Positions 38,456-48,940 of a DNA stretch of 64,000 nucleotides are shown here, in pieces (position 1 is the first letter of the stretch; each line of letters begins with the position of its first letter). The stretch is from a bacterium (lineage in GTDB: Bacteria; Bacteroidota; Bacteroidia; Bacteroidales; FEN-979), in NCBI GenBank assembly GCA_043806735.1, contig JAZDGR010000178.1:2634-66633 (forward strand). The letters are read 5' to 3'. Position numbers and translations under genes: made by a program. Below the pieces are notes generated by a model. It searched no databases. It was not told where the DNA came from and was given only the letters and a program-made list of their open reading frames with translations.

Positions 38456-40609
38456 ATGAGAATATGTATCCTGATCCTTTTTAGCCTCTCCTTATGGGGA
38501 GGTGTTGAATCCCAGAATCTCAAGGCTGTAGAAGATTATCTCCGTTTGGATGCCCGGGCAGATGACCCCTTGTATACCACCTATGCTGCTGCCATAAAGC
38601 GATCAAGGCTCTATGGAGATAAAGCCTACAAGATGGATTATTATTCTGATTGCCGGCCGGTTACCTATTCCTCCGATCAGGCGGGAAGTATGTTCTGCCT
38701 CTGGAAAGTGGATGAAGTGGTGATCCGGAATATCGGCGAGTATTTCAAAAAGCCTGTAGTGTTGTTTTCTTTTCCTGATATGGCAATTCTGGAGTATGAA
38801 CCTTTCAGGGGGATCCGGGTCCGGGAGACCTTTTTCGTTTACAGTTCCCGCATTACCCTGGTTGAGATGGAGGTTACTAACCTGGATCGAATTGTCCATG
38901 AAGTTGTCGCGTATCCGGTACTTTGGCTGGGAAATGATTCCCTTCGGATCGAAGGATTTGACAGTTTACACAACGGTTATATTACGACCCGGTATGAGAG
39001 TCCGTACCGATTGATCAGCAGTCTGAAGATGGAATACGGCTATCCCACGAAAACAAGGGACTTCTTTGCCAGTAATTTTCCGGTCGCTTCGTATGGGGGA
39101 TGTTCCGGTGACATGGATCAGTTCTATAATCTGATCAAGACCGATTTCTATTCCGCTACAAGGCTTGATTTATTAAATAATAAAGATACTGGTCTTGTTG
39201 ATTTTATATCACTTCAATTAAAGAAACGATTAAGGCCTGGTGAACGAGCTAATTTTAGGTATATCCGGGGAGTTCAGGATCAGAAAGAGGATCTGACAGC
39301 TCTAAAAGATGAAATTGATCAGCTCAGGAAGATTTATTTGAAGACCTTTTACGAAGACAATTTGATCCTGTTTTCAAAGATTCCACGGATCCGGTTCAAA
39401 ACGAAAGATGAAAAGCTGGTGTACCTCGGAGCTTTCAACCTGGTCCGCAGTTCAATGGTTCCTCCATCAGGAAAAACAACCTATAATTTCTATGTTTTCA
39501 GCCGCAATCCGCTCTGGGGATGGGGGCATGGACACCAGGTGCTGCATGAATCCCTCAGCATGCTTGCTTATGTATATATGGATCCCGAATCGGCCGAAGG
39601 ATCGCAACGGGTCTATATAGAGCAGCAGCGTGAAGACGGACTGATCGCTTACCGGCACGGGCCCAGGGGATTACAGGATTACCCGTATAAGAACAAGTCC
39701 ACTACCTCTGCTCCCTTTTTCAGCTGGATCAACTTGGAACTTTATCAGGTAAGTAAGGACAAAAAGTTTCTCGAAGAGGCTTATGTTGCTGGGTGCAAAT
39801 ATACCGATTGGCTGATCAGGAACAGAGACCAGGACGCGGACGGTACCTTTGAATGGGGACCTTATGGCATCATTGAGAATGTCAGGGACTGGTACAATGC
39901 TGTGTTTCAGGTATCTGCAGAAAGATATCTGGATGTGGACAAGGAGGATATTTCTGACGAACTTGAGTGTCTTGATCTTACACTAATGGTGATCAAGGAG
40001 GAAAAGAGTCTGACGAAGATGGCACAAATACTTGGAAAACAGGAAGAAGCAAAGGCCTGGATGGAAAAAGCCGAAAAAACCAGTAAACTTGTCAATGAAC
40101 GAATGTGGGATGATTCCACAGGATTTTACTACTCTGTCAACAAAGGCGATCATGGCTGGTTTTTCATGAACCGTGATCTCCGGCGGCAGGAACTCATCGG
40201 ATTTCTGCCGTTGTGGGCAGGGGTAGCTCCACCGGATAGAGCTTCGAGCCTGGTGGAAACCCTTACCGATACCACCCGGTTTTGGCGAAGGTATGGTATC
40301 CCTACCCTTTCAGCAGCAGATCCCTGGTACAGTCCGAATGTAGACTATTGCTGTAAATGGAACGGACCGGTTTGGTTATTATGGGACTACATGGTGTATG
40401 ATGGACTGAAGCAATATGGATACGATTCACTGGCAAATTTACTGGCCGGCAAAATGGTACATTGTGTAGTCACCCAACTGAAAAAGAATCACAATTATTG
40501 GGAATCTTACAGTCCTGATAATGAGGTATTAAACTGTCCATCAAATTACATTTGGGATGCGATTATGGCGAGGCTTCTGATCGAGGAGTACATGGAAAGT
40601 GAAAAGTGA
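38456..40609 (+). CDS. six-hairpin glycoside hydrolase (GH63 / trehalase-like)
   Basis: Signal peptide. The C-terminal (alpha/alpha)6-like motifs are DADGTFEW, RYGIPTLS and WNGPVWLLWDYMVYDGLKQYGY. Confidence 0.6.
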   Translation: MRICILILFSLSLWGGVESQNLKAVEDYLRLDARADDPLYTTYAAAIKRSRLYGDKAYKMDYYSDCRPVTYSSDQAGSMFCLWKVDEVVIRNIGEYFKKPVVLFSFPDMAILEYEPFRGIRVRETFFVYSSRITLVEMEVTNLDRIVHEVVAYPVLWLGNDSLRIEGFDSLHNGYITTRYESPYRLISSLKMEYGYPTKTRDFFASNFPVASYGGCSGDMDQFYNLIKTDFYSATRLDLLNNKDTGLVDFISLQLKKRLRPGERANFRYIRGVQDQKEDLTALKDEIDQLRKIYLKTFYEDNLILFSKIPRIRFKTKDEKLVYLGAFNLVRSSMVPPSGKTTYNFYVFSRNPLWGWGHGHQVLHESLSMLAYVYMDPESAEGSQRVYIEQQREDGLIAYRHGPRGLQDYPYKNKSTTSAPFFSWINLELYQVSKDKKFLEEAYVAGCKYTDWLIRNRDQDADGTFEWGPYGIIENVRDWYNAVFQVSAERYLDVDKEDISDELECLDLTLMVIKEEKSLTKMAQILGKQEEAKAWMEKAEKTSKLVNERMWDDSTGFYYSVNKGDHGWFFMNRDLRRQELIGFLPLWAGVAPPDRASSLVETLTDTTRFWRRYGIPTLSAADPWYSPNVDYCCKWNGPVWLLWDYMVYDGLKQYGYDSLANLLAGKMVHCVVTQLKKNHNYWESYSPDNEVLNCPSNYIWDAIMARLLIEEYMESEK

Positions 40610-40670
40610 ACAATGAACAATGAAGGTGAATAGGGAGTGGTTAGTAGTGGATAACGGGATGGGAGGTTAG
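40594..40670. repeat. heptamer array (GAANANT-type units decaying 3'-ward) overlapping the stop codon
   Basis: Units are ggaaagt gaaaagt gaacaat gaacaat gaaggt gaatagg gagtggt tagtagt ggataac gggatgg gaggtta. The gene's TGA is at 40607-40609. Confidence 0.8.
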
Positions 40671-40728
40671 GTTCTTTGATGAGTTTTATAGACCTTTGCA
40701 ATGAATTTGTAGTGAAAGTGAGTTGTAT

Positions 40729-42741
40729 ATGAAATTGAATCCAGCACATTATTTCCTGATTGTCTTCGTGGTTCTTATTGTGACCTCCTGTGATCCTTCG
40801 ACCAACAAGGCCAATCTCGAGAGGTTATTATCCCCAGCATCACTCCCCTATTCAAAGCCGGGAAAGCTTTTTCAAGTTGCCAGCACGGATTCCACAGGGC
40901 AAAACAATGACCGTATAACCATTGCCCCGGGAGTTACTGCAACGATTCTGAATGTTTCCGGCCCCGGCATCATTACCCGGATTTGGTTTACAGTAGACTC
41001 CAGAGATCCGTACTTTTTGCGGAGAATCGTACTAAAGATGTATTGGGACGATGAGCCGGAGCCTTCCGTGAATGTTCCTCTTGGCGATTTCTTTGGTTGC
41101 GGATTTGAATATAAACCTTATATTTCCCAGTATCTTGGTATGACCAGCGGAGGGTATATCTGTTATTTCCCTATGCCTTTTGAAAAATCTGCCCGAATCG
41201 AGATTCAAAACGAGACGGGCCAGGAGATTTATGCCTTTTATTACCAGATTAACTATTTCAAACTGGAAGGGTACCTCGATCGTAGCGTCGGGTATTTTCA
41301 TGCTTTCTGGAACCGTAATATCCGGACTAACTATGATTCGAATTATACGATCCTCAATATGGACGGCCAGGGTCATGTGGTTGGCGTGAATCTAAACATG
41401 CAATCTTACGATGGGGGGCTTTCTTACCTGGAAGGGAACGAAAAAATATTTGTGGATGGAGAAAAGAAACCTTCTATTGTTGGAACAGGCACAGAAGACT
41501 ATTTTTCCAGCGGATGGTACTTTAACCAGGGTGAATTTGCCGGACCTTATCATGGTCTGATCTTAAAAGATGACAGTTTAGGCCGTATTGCTGCATATCG
41601 TTTGCATATCACGGATCCAATCCCGTTTAAGAAACACATTCTTTTTACCATAGAGCATGGTCATAGGAATACAGAAATCGCAGATTACGCCAGTACCGTC
41701 TATTGGTATCAGCTTGGCGAACACATGTATTTGCCTTCTTTACCCAAAGCGGGAATGCGGATTCCCTTAAAACAAATCACCCCGAATAACCTGATTGAAG
41801 CGGAAGATTTACCTGTTCAAACAGGCACTATCCTGTCAAAGATTGTGGATGTTTCTGATCTGGGACCTGATTGGAGTGGAGGTCGTTACGTGGTTTTTAA
41901 TACGGATAGGGGAAATGTTTTAAAAATAGAACTGAAAAATATGTTTGAAGCCGGGTATACAATGAACCTGTTTTACTCGACCGGACCTGATTACGGCAAC
42001 GTAAGAATCTACTCGGCCGGTAAAAAAGTTGGTGAAATAAACGGCTATTCTCCGATAATCAAAGCTGGAGGAAAAGTTTCGCTATCAAATCTATCGGCTC
42101 TATATGGAAAGCTTGAATTTAAACTGGAAGTTGTTGGGAAAGATCCGCTTTCGAAGGGATATCTCGTTGGTCTTGACGGAGCTGAAATCATCCCAAACCG
42201 GTTGTATATTCCCGATTGGTACATCCTTGGCCCTTTCCCAAACCGACGAATCACCGAAACTCAACGCTTAGGATTGGATTCCATCTACCCACCGGAGATT
42301 CAGTTAGACATCCATTCAACTTATACCGGCATGAACAGTCAGGAACTTAATTGGAAATACATAAAAACCCCGGAAAACGGCTATGTGTCTCTATGGGATA
42401 AAATGAAACCCAATGAACTGGTTGTCACTTATGCCGTAACCTTCATATACTCCACGAAAGAAAAGGATGCCCTTGTCATGATCGGGAGTGACGATGGAGC
42501 TAAGCTATTTATCAACGACAAAGAAGTATACCGGTTTCTTGGTGTGCGCATCGCAGAACCTGATCAGGTCATCATCCCGGTTCATCTTAATTCAGGATGG
42601 AATACTTTGCTTCTAAAAATTGAAAATAACCTCGGAGGATATGCCTTTTACGCACGCATCCTTGACCCGGGGAACAGTTTGTTTTTCAGCGCTAAACATC
42701 AAGATCCGCCAACATTATGGCTGGAAAATCAAGAGAAATAG
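40729..42741 (+). CDS. DUF2961 / GH172-family glycoside hydrolase lipoprotein with extra C-terminal beta-sandwich
   Basis: MKLNPAHYFLIVFVVLIVTSC lipoprotein signal, plus GPGIITRIWFT, PLGDFFGCG, CYFPMPF, FHAFWNR and GTGTEDYFSSGWYF motifs. Confidence 0.75.
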   Translation: MKLNPAHYFLIVFVVLIVTSCDPSTNKANLERLLSPASLPYSKPGKLFQVASTDSTGQNNDRITIAPGVTATILNVSGPGIITRIWFTVDSRDPYFLRRIVLKMYWDDEPEPSVNVPLGDFFGCGFEYKPYISQYLGMTSGGYICYFPMPFEKSARIEIQNETGQEIYAFYYQINYFKLEGYLDRSVGYFHAFWNRNIRTNYDSNYTILNMDGQGHVVGVNLNMQSYDGGLSYLEGNEKIFVDGEKKPSIVGTGTEDYFSSGWYFNQGEFAGPYHGLILKDDSLGRIAAYRLHITDPIPFKKHILFTIEHGHRNTEIADYASTVYWYQLGEHMYLPSLPKAGMRIPLKQITPNNLIEAEDLPVQTGTILSKIVDVSDLGPDWSGGRYVVFNTDRGNVLKIELKNMFEAGYTMNLFYSTGPDYGNVRIYSAGKKVGEINGYSPIIKAGGKVSLSNLSALYGKLEFKLEVVGKDPLSKGYLVGLDGAEIIPNRLYIPDWYILGPFPNRRITETQRLGLDSIYPPEIQLDIHSTYTGMNSQELNWKYIKTPENGYVSLWDKMKPNELVVTYAVTFIYSTKEKDALVMIGSDDGAKLFINDKEVYRFLGVRIAEPDQVIIPVHLNSGWNTLLLKIENNLGGYAFYARILDPGNSLFFSAKHQDPPTLWLENQEK

Positions 42742-43598
42742 TCCTGATTGGTATTTGTCTGATCAGCTTTTATGCGGCACTGCATTCACAGACCGCGATT
42801 AAACAGGTCACAGATGTTCCCACTAGTTTCTGTGTTTCCGAAGCTGAGTGGAAGCTGTATAAAATGATCAACGAATATCGCCGGCAATATGACCTCCCTC
42901 CCATCCCTTTATCTAAATCCCTCTGCTTCGTTGCCAATACCCATGTAAAGGATCTTTTTTTCTATCATCCGGACAAGGATCCCTGCAATTTTCACTCCTG
43001 GTCGGACAAAGGTCCCTGGAAACCATTCTGTTATCCTGGTGATGAGGATAAGAAGAACTCGGTTTGGGACAAGCCAAAGGAATTAACCAAATATCCCGGC
43101 AAAGGATTTGAGATTGTTTATTGGGAAAATAATTCCGTGATCATTGACAGTGTCATCAGTTTCTGGCGTTCGTTCGACTACTTCAACAGTTTCCTGATGA
43201 ATACAGGCAAGTGGCAGGGAAAGCAATGGAACGCCATCGGCATCGGGATCTGCGAAAATTACGCAGCAGCCTGGTTTGGGGAACTGGCTGACACGGAAGG
43301 GCCCCCAGGGGTATGCGGGAAAGAAATTACTAATTCAACACAAAATTTACCCGCCATAAAGACCTCTCAACTTATTCGCGGGACCTATTATATCATTGTG
43401 AAAAGCCAATTACCATTAAAAGAGGCTGAGAAGGTGGTTCAGGATCTTCAAGCAAAAGGATATAAAGACGCGAAGCTGTTTGATTCTGACAGTAAGATCC
43501 GGGTTTCTATATTTGAGGATACAGATCGGGAAAAAGCAATTCAAAAGCTGAAAGAGGCAAAAGTAATCTATCAGGATGCCTGGTTATTTAAACCATAA
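42717..43598 (+). CDS. CAP (SCP/PR-1-like) domain plus SPOR domain protein
   Basis: INEYRRQYDLPPIPLSKSLCFVANTHVKDL is CAP-like. The C-terminal YYIIVKSQLPLKEAEKVVQDLQAKGYKDAKLF is SPOR-like. Confidence 0.6.
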   Translation: MAGKSREIVLIGICLISFYAALHSQTAIKQVTDVPTSFCVSEAEWKLYKMINEYRRQYDLPPIPLSKSLCFVANTHVKDLFFYHPDKDPCNFHSWSDKGPWKPFCYPGDEDKKNSVWDKPKELTKYPGKGFEIVYWENNSVIIDSVISFWRSFDYFNSFLMNTGKWQGKQWNAIGIGICENYAAAWFGELADTEGPPGVCGKEITNSTQNLPAIKTSQLIRGTYYIIVKSQLPLKEAEKVVQDLQAKGYKDAKLFDSDSKIRVSIFEDTDREKAIQKLKEAKVIYQDAWLFKP

Positions 43599-43610
43599 AA
43601 CACTGACCAG

Positions 43611-46415
43611 CTAATCACAGGCATCTTTCACCAACCTGAACCCAACGGTAGCGTTGCGGTTTAAGCCGGGGCCAACCAGCAACAACATCTCCGGATGGTC
43701 AGCCGGGAACGGACCACCGGCCACGTACCAGATGCTGGTCGCAGGGTGATAATAGCTTCCTCCGCGGATGATATTGAAATAATAACATCCATTGTCGTAG
43801 AGGTCACCGGTCATCTGCCAGACATTCCCGATCAAATCCTCCACCCCGAATGTGCTGGCACCCATTGGAAATGAAGTAACCGGTGTGGGATAATTCCGGT
43901 TGTAATTGCATCGGGTTGAATCCATTTTATTTCCCCAAGGATATTTCAACATTTCAGATCCCTGAGCAGCATATTACCATTCCCGTTCGGTGGGAAGCCG
44001 TTTGGATTTCCAGGCTGCAAATGCCTGTATGTCTTTCAGGTTAACATACACTACGGGGTAATCCTCCTGCCCTGCCGGAATCTTTCCCTTTTCCCAGTGT
44101 TTCAGGTAGTTACAAGTATCATAGGGTTGGTAATGTGTTTTGCGGATAAAATCCAGCCACTGCCGGTTCGTGACCGGGAAGCGATCGATAAAAAACCGCT
44201 TCATGGATATCTCTACGGTATCCGAAAAGTCGGGAAAAGGAATGAAAGGTTCCAGTGTACTGGAATCACGTTTCGTATAAAAACGAAATATTCCGAAAGG
44301 GATCTCTACCATTCCTTCGGGTGCGACTTTAGCCGGATCTGTCCTTTCGGTTTCTGAGATCAACCGGAGAACATTGTGTTGCGGGAAAAAGACCCGTTCA
44401 TCCCAAAGCTGATCCTGATTAAAAAGCTGAACAACAATCTTTTCAGTTGTTTCAGGGAGAGAATCCCAATAGGCAAAGCTGCTTCCGGAAGCCGGAAACG
44501 TGTACTTTTTTGAACGGTAAACCGGATTTTCGCCGGTTATTGTAATCCTGTCCCCTGCTGAGGTACTAAACACAATAGAATCATTCGTGATGTCTACTTT
44601 CAGGTACGATGGCAGCAAAGCAATACATGCCACATTCCCTTCCCGTCGCGTGTGAATCCAGCTTCTCTCAAAAGGCTCTATATCGACCGGGATTAAACCT
44701 TTTCCTTCCTGTTCAACCGGAGAGATCTCGAGGTGATTCCAGAGGTCGAAGTAATGGTAGCCAGAAGGCGGCTCTGTCACTTCAAAAAGCGGACCTGAAA
44801 ATCCCCGGGGATTCATGCTGAGAATGGTATAAAGTGTTTTCTTCCCGTCAGTCCACCGGTTTATGTATATACTATCTTCCAGAGCAGGCAACAGCAGGTC
44901 AAACTCATAGTTGTGAAAAACCGTCGAGTTTTCACGCAGGATTTTGGTCGTTTTGCCCAAATATTCATATTCTTCATCAATCCAGACTGGACGGCCCGGT
45001 CGTGCTGTGTTTATCTCCACACCATACCCATTGAAAAAGGCACAGGCAAGTTCCCGGTGCAACCGGTCATCGGCAAGCTGGAGCACCCTGAAAATGGCAA
45101 AATCGGGCTTGATCAGCTTGTTCAGATTGACAGGTGGTGGCAAGACCAGTGCATCATGGACCCGGCCGGATACGATGCCGGGCATATCTTTTGGGATCGC
45201 CATTCCTTCGCTGTACATTATGATTCCCGGTTTGACATTATCGGCCGCAGCCTGAAGTTCGTAACTGGAAGCTCCCCTGGTATCAAGGACCACCCCATCG
45301 GCATCAATGTCGCGAAGAAGCTGTTCCATCCCCTGCAGATGGTCCTCTTTCCGGCCCGACTCATCCCAGGGGTTGTAGGAGATAAAATACCGTTTCCCGT
45401 GAAGATGAGCAAAATCAGCTTGCTTCCTCAATTCCGGAATCCCTCCCGGAAGATCGCGGTACATATCCCACTGGTTCCGCTGGTCAAGTCCGAGCCTTGG
45501 CCAGGTTGGCCAAAGGGTAAAAATATCATATCCGCCTGTCAGTGAATCGTACTGAAAGAGGCTTGAGTAAAACGTATAGCTCTGTGTCTTGAAGTCATAA
45601 TATTTTTTATCCCATGCAAACTGAAGTAACATGAGGTAGTTATGGTTCATCCATTTCAGGTCTGTCCGGTTGTACATGGACGGATCAAAGAAGGGTATGT
45701 CATACAGCCATCGATCCTGGAACATCATCTTCAATCCTTCAAGCCAATCCCCTTCATGAATATCCAGCCATACGGAATATTCCACCCATCCTCCGGGTTT
45801 CAGTGTAACCGCCCACCGGTCGAGCTCCGTTTTCTCCTTATCCCGGTTTGTTCGCCTGGCCAGTGCACACAGGGAGAGCGAATCGTTGACTTTCCAATCG
45901 GCAAATCCAAGGTGCCAGGCATTATCCGGGAGGATCACTCCGACCGGGCCGTACCCTGGTCTGTATAATTTTGTTCGGCAGAGGTAATCGGGCCATTCTT
46001 TGGTTCCTTCCGCTGAAATATATACTTTATCGGATCCATCACCCAGCGGGACCAGATTCTCAATTCTGTGGTTTATCGTGCTTATGTTGGCGAACCGGAT
46101 ACTATATTTCAATCCGGGCCGGAAGGCAGTATCAAATGTCACTTTTCCCTGGATGGAATTTCCCAGCATAAATGAGATTTCTCCTTCCCGATAATCCGGA
46201 GGGGAGCAGAAGGATGCAAAATAGTTATCATCGAGTAAAAGAGTGTAGAAAGGGATCTCATAAGGGAATTTCACTAGGGTGCTATCTGTCAATTGCACAC
46301 CTTTCAGCAGAAAAGCGTTGGGTTCCATAAATTGAAGGGAAGCCAGTTGTGCAGATACAGGCAAAGAAAAGATTCCAAGGAGGCAGATTCCAAGAAGTTT
46401 ATATTTTTTTTTCAT
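43611..46415 (-). pseudogene. about 930-aa secreted protein (unknown N-terminal region plus FGE-sulfatase/SUMF1-type domain) interrupted by an in-frame TAA
   Basis: ORFs 43974..46415 and 43611..43952 share one frame. The read-through is ..LPTEREW*YAAQGSEMLKYPWGN.., where the FGE-sulfatase consensus has EWEYAARGG..YPWG. RGGSYY and GFRLVKD lie downstream. Confidence 0.8.
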
Positions 46416-46422
46416 AATTCAA

Positions 46423-46905
46423 TTAATAAAAGAGGTCTTTTTGCGCAAATGCCTTTTCGTGTTCCAGCAACCATTTTTTCCTCCACAAACCGCCTGCGTA
46501 GCCAACCAGTTTTCCATCGTTACCCAGCACCCGGTGACAGGGAATAATAATCCAGACAGGATTTTTTGCATCCGCCTGGCCGACTGCACGGAAAGCCTTC
46601 GGAACCCCAATCCGCTCGGCCAGGTGATGGTATGTAATCGTTTTCCCGTAAGTGATTTTTTCAAGTTCATACCACACCTTCATCTGAAATTCCGTACCGA
46701 GGATATCCAGTTTTACACTGAAACTTTGCCTGCTCCCCTCAAAATACTCTTTCAATTGAAGTACGGCTTCCCTTAAACAAAAGGGGGTGAACCACTTACG
46801 TATTTCTTTATCAATAAACTTAACACTTTGGATTCCCCGGTGTGTGCCGGTCACCTCCAGGCATCCAATCGGGGTTTTTAAGTAGGCCCGTTTTACCGAT
46901 TTCAT
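46423..46905 (-). CDS. ogt: methylated-DNA--protein-cysteine methyltransferase
   Basis: Active-site IIPCHRVLG and a helix-turn-wing segment, TYHHLAERIGVPKAFRAVG. Confidence 0.9.
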   Translation of the reverse strand: MKSVKRAYLKTPIGCLEVTGTHRGIQSVKFIDKEIRKWFTPFCLREAVLQLKEYFEGSRQSFSVKLDILGTEFQMKVWYELEKITYGKTITYHHLAERIGVPKAFRAVGQADAKNPVWIIIPCHRVLGNDGKLVGYAGGLWRKKWLLEHEKAFAQKDLFY

Positions 46906-46906
46906 T

Positions 46907-47119
46907 TTATTTGGTTTTTAATCTTTTTGCGCGGATTCCAAAGAAGAGCATCCCTCCTCCGAAAACGAGCATCAACAGTCCAGACCAGATGTTTACATTA
47001 ATTTCGAAAGATCGTTTGTATAGTTCCGGATCGGCTTCTGTGGTGAGTCCAAAAACAAGTAGCAACAACCCAAGAAGAGAGAACATAAATCCGATGGGCA
47101 ACCTGATATCTACTTCCAT
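46907..47119 (-). CDS. small two-TM membrane protein downstream of the symporter
   Basis: 70 aa with two hydrophobic helices. It is tightly packed between the symporter gene and ogt. Confidence 0.5.
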   Translation of the reverse strand: MEVDIRLPIGFMFSLLGLLLLVFGLTTEADPELYKRSFEINVNIWSGLLMLVFGGGMLFFGIRAKRLKTK

Positions 47120-47131
47120 AATCTTTCCTCC

Positions 47132-48847
47132 TTACCAGAATATAATGGATAAAACAACTGCAATAATCCCTATGATAACAGCCAAAAACTGAGGTCTTTG
47201 AACCCAGTGCCTGCTAGTATCTTTAGTACGGGGTGTAAGTGAATATACCAGCCCTGTCAATTCTTCCTTCGTTTTGTTCTGTTTCGTCAAAAGAGAAATC
47301 AGAATTGTAAGGATAAGACAGGTCGTGAAGGCAAAAATGGCGGTCCAGAAATTCTGGGCCATTTCGCTTGGATAGACATGGACAACTGTTCCAAGCCAAC
47401 CCCCTTTGATCAGGGAATTAGCGCCGACTGGTTGTGTTAGTCCATGGTGGATGGCGGCAGCGGTTGTCCCCGATAACAATCCGAAAAACGCTCCGTGTCC
47501 TGTGGTTCGTCGCCAGAACATCCCCAACAGAAAGGTAGCAAAAAGCGGCGCATTGATAAAGGCGAAAATGAGTTGCAGGAAGTCCATCACGTTGTTGAAA
47601 AGCTTTGCCATATAGGCTGCGCCAATACTAACAACAATGCCGAATATGGTGGCCATCTGGCCCATCCAGAGATAATGTTTATCGGATTTATCCGGGTTGA
47701 TATAACTCTGATAGATATCGTATGTCCACACTGTGTTGAATGCAGTCACGTTCCCTGCCATGCCCGACATGAAGGAGGCCATCAATGCGGTGAGGCCAAG
47801 TCCAAGGACCCCGGTCGGGAAATAATGTCCAAGCATCATCGGGATCACTTTATTATAATCGTATGAGCCGTCTTTTAACGGGAGTGTGAATCCACTATCG
47901 GGATTAGAGGTAAGCGCGATCGCGATCATCCCGGGCACAATTACCAGAAAAGGAATGAACATCTTGGGGAGCGCTCCGATCAAGGGTGTTTTCCTGGCGG
48001 CTGTCATGGATCCTGCGGCCATGGCCCGTTGAACGACAAGGAAATTGGTACACCAGTAGCCGAAAGAGAGCACAAATCCAAGTCCCATGATCAAGCCGAA
48101 CCATTCGATGCCCATTGGATTATCGGAGGCTTTGGCAACGGGACGCCAGGTTTCTGTCCAGGCGCCTGCAGCATATCCGTGACTGGTAGCCACTTCCGCC
48201 AGCTGGGTTTTGAGTCCCTCCCATCCGCCGACGCTGATCAATCCCAGAAAAACCAGCGGCAGAAAACCAATCACGATCAGGAAGAACTGAAGGACTTCAT
48301 TGTAGATGGCCGATTTCAATCCTCCCAGATAGGTATACACCAACACGATCAGGGCAGAGATGATGATGCTCAGAGTAAAATCCCATCCCAGCAGGGTTTC
48401 CATGAGCATGGCCAGAGCATACATGGAGATGCCGCTGGCAAAGATGGTCATTACGGCAAAAGAGACTGCGTTGAACCCGCGTGTCTTTTCGTCGAACCTG
48501 AGTTTGAGGTATTCCGGCACCGACCGTGCTTTTGAACCATAATAGAACGGCATCATGAAGAGTCCTAGGAAAATCATGGCAGGAATCGCCCCTAACCAGT
48601 AGAAATGAGTAGTGATCATCCCGTATTTGGCTCCCGACGCTGCCATCCCCATCACCTCAAGCGCCCCGAGGTTCGTGGAGATAAAGGCGAGTCCGGTAAT
48701 CCAGGCCGGAATCGATTTCCCTCCTGTCAGAAAATCGGAGCTGGATTTCATGTATCGTTTAAGCGCCCATCCAATGCCAAGAACAAACACAAAGTAGATG
48801 CCCATGATCGTGTAGTCGATCCATCCGAGAGAGAAGGCTGTATCCAT
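47132..48847 (-). CDS. sodium:solute symporter (SSS/SGLT family)
   Basis: About 14 TM helices, with the GGKSIPAW..FISTNLGALE pattern of SSS transporters. ATG 48847 is preferred, and 48877 is also possible. Confidence 0.85.
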   Translation of the reverse strand: MDTAFSLGWIDYTIMGIYFVFVLGIGWALKRYMKSSSDFLTGGKSIPAWITGLAFISTNLGALEVMGMAASGAKYGMITTHFYWLGAIPAMIFLGLFMMPFYYGSKARSVPEYLKLRFDEKTRGFNAVSFAVMTIFASGISMYALAMLMETLLGWDFTLSIIISALIVLVYTYLGGLKSAIYNEVLQFFLIVIGFLPLVFLGLISVGGWEGLKTQLAEVATSHGYAAGAWTETWRPVAKASDNPMGIEWFGLIMGLGFVLSFGYWCTNFLVVQRAMAAGSMTAARKTPLIGALPKMFIPFLVIVPGMIAIALTSNPDSGFTLPLKDGSYDYNKVIPMMLGHYFPTGVLGLGLTALMASFMSGMAGNVTAFNTVWTYDIYQSYINPDKSDKHYLWMGQMATIFGIVVSIGAAYMAKLFNNVMDFLQLIFAFINAPLFATFLLGMFWRRTTGHGAFFGLLSGTTAAAIHHGLTQPVGANSLIKGGWLGTVVHVYPSEMAQNFWTAIFAFTTCLILTILISLLTKQNKTKEELTGLVYSLTPRTKDTSRHWVQRPQFLAVIIGIIAVVLSIIFW

Positions 48848-48940
48848 AAAAAGAAAGTTGATTGGGTATTGATACAAAGATATAAAAAGAAGGGAATTAA
48901 TAGCTTTGTACTACAATATAAGCACGAAAACCGGGATTGA

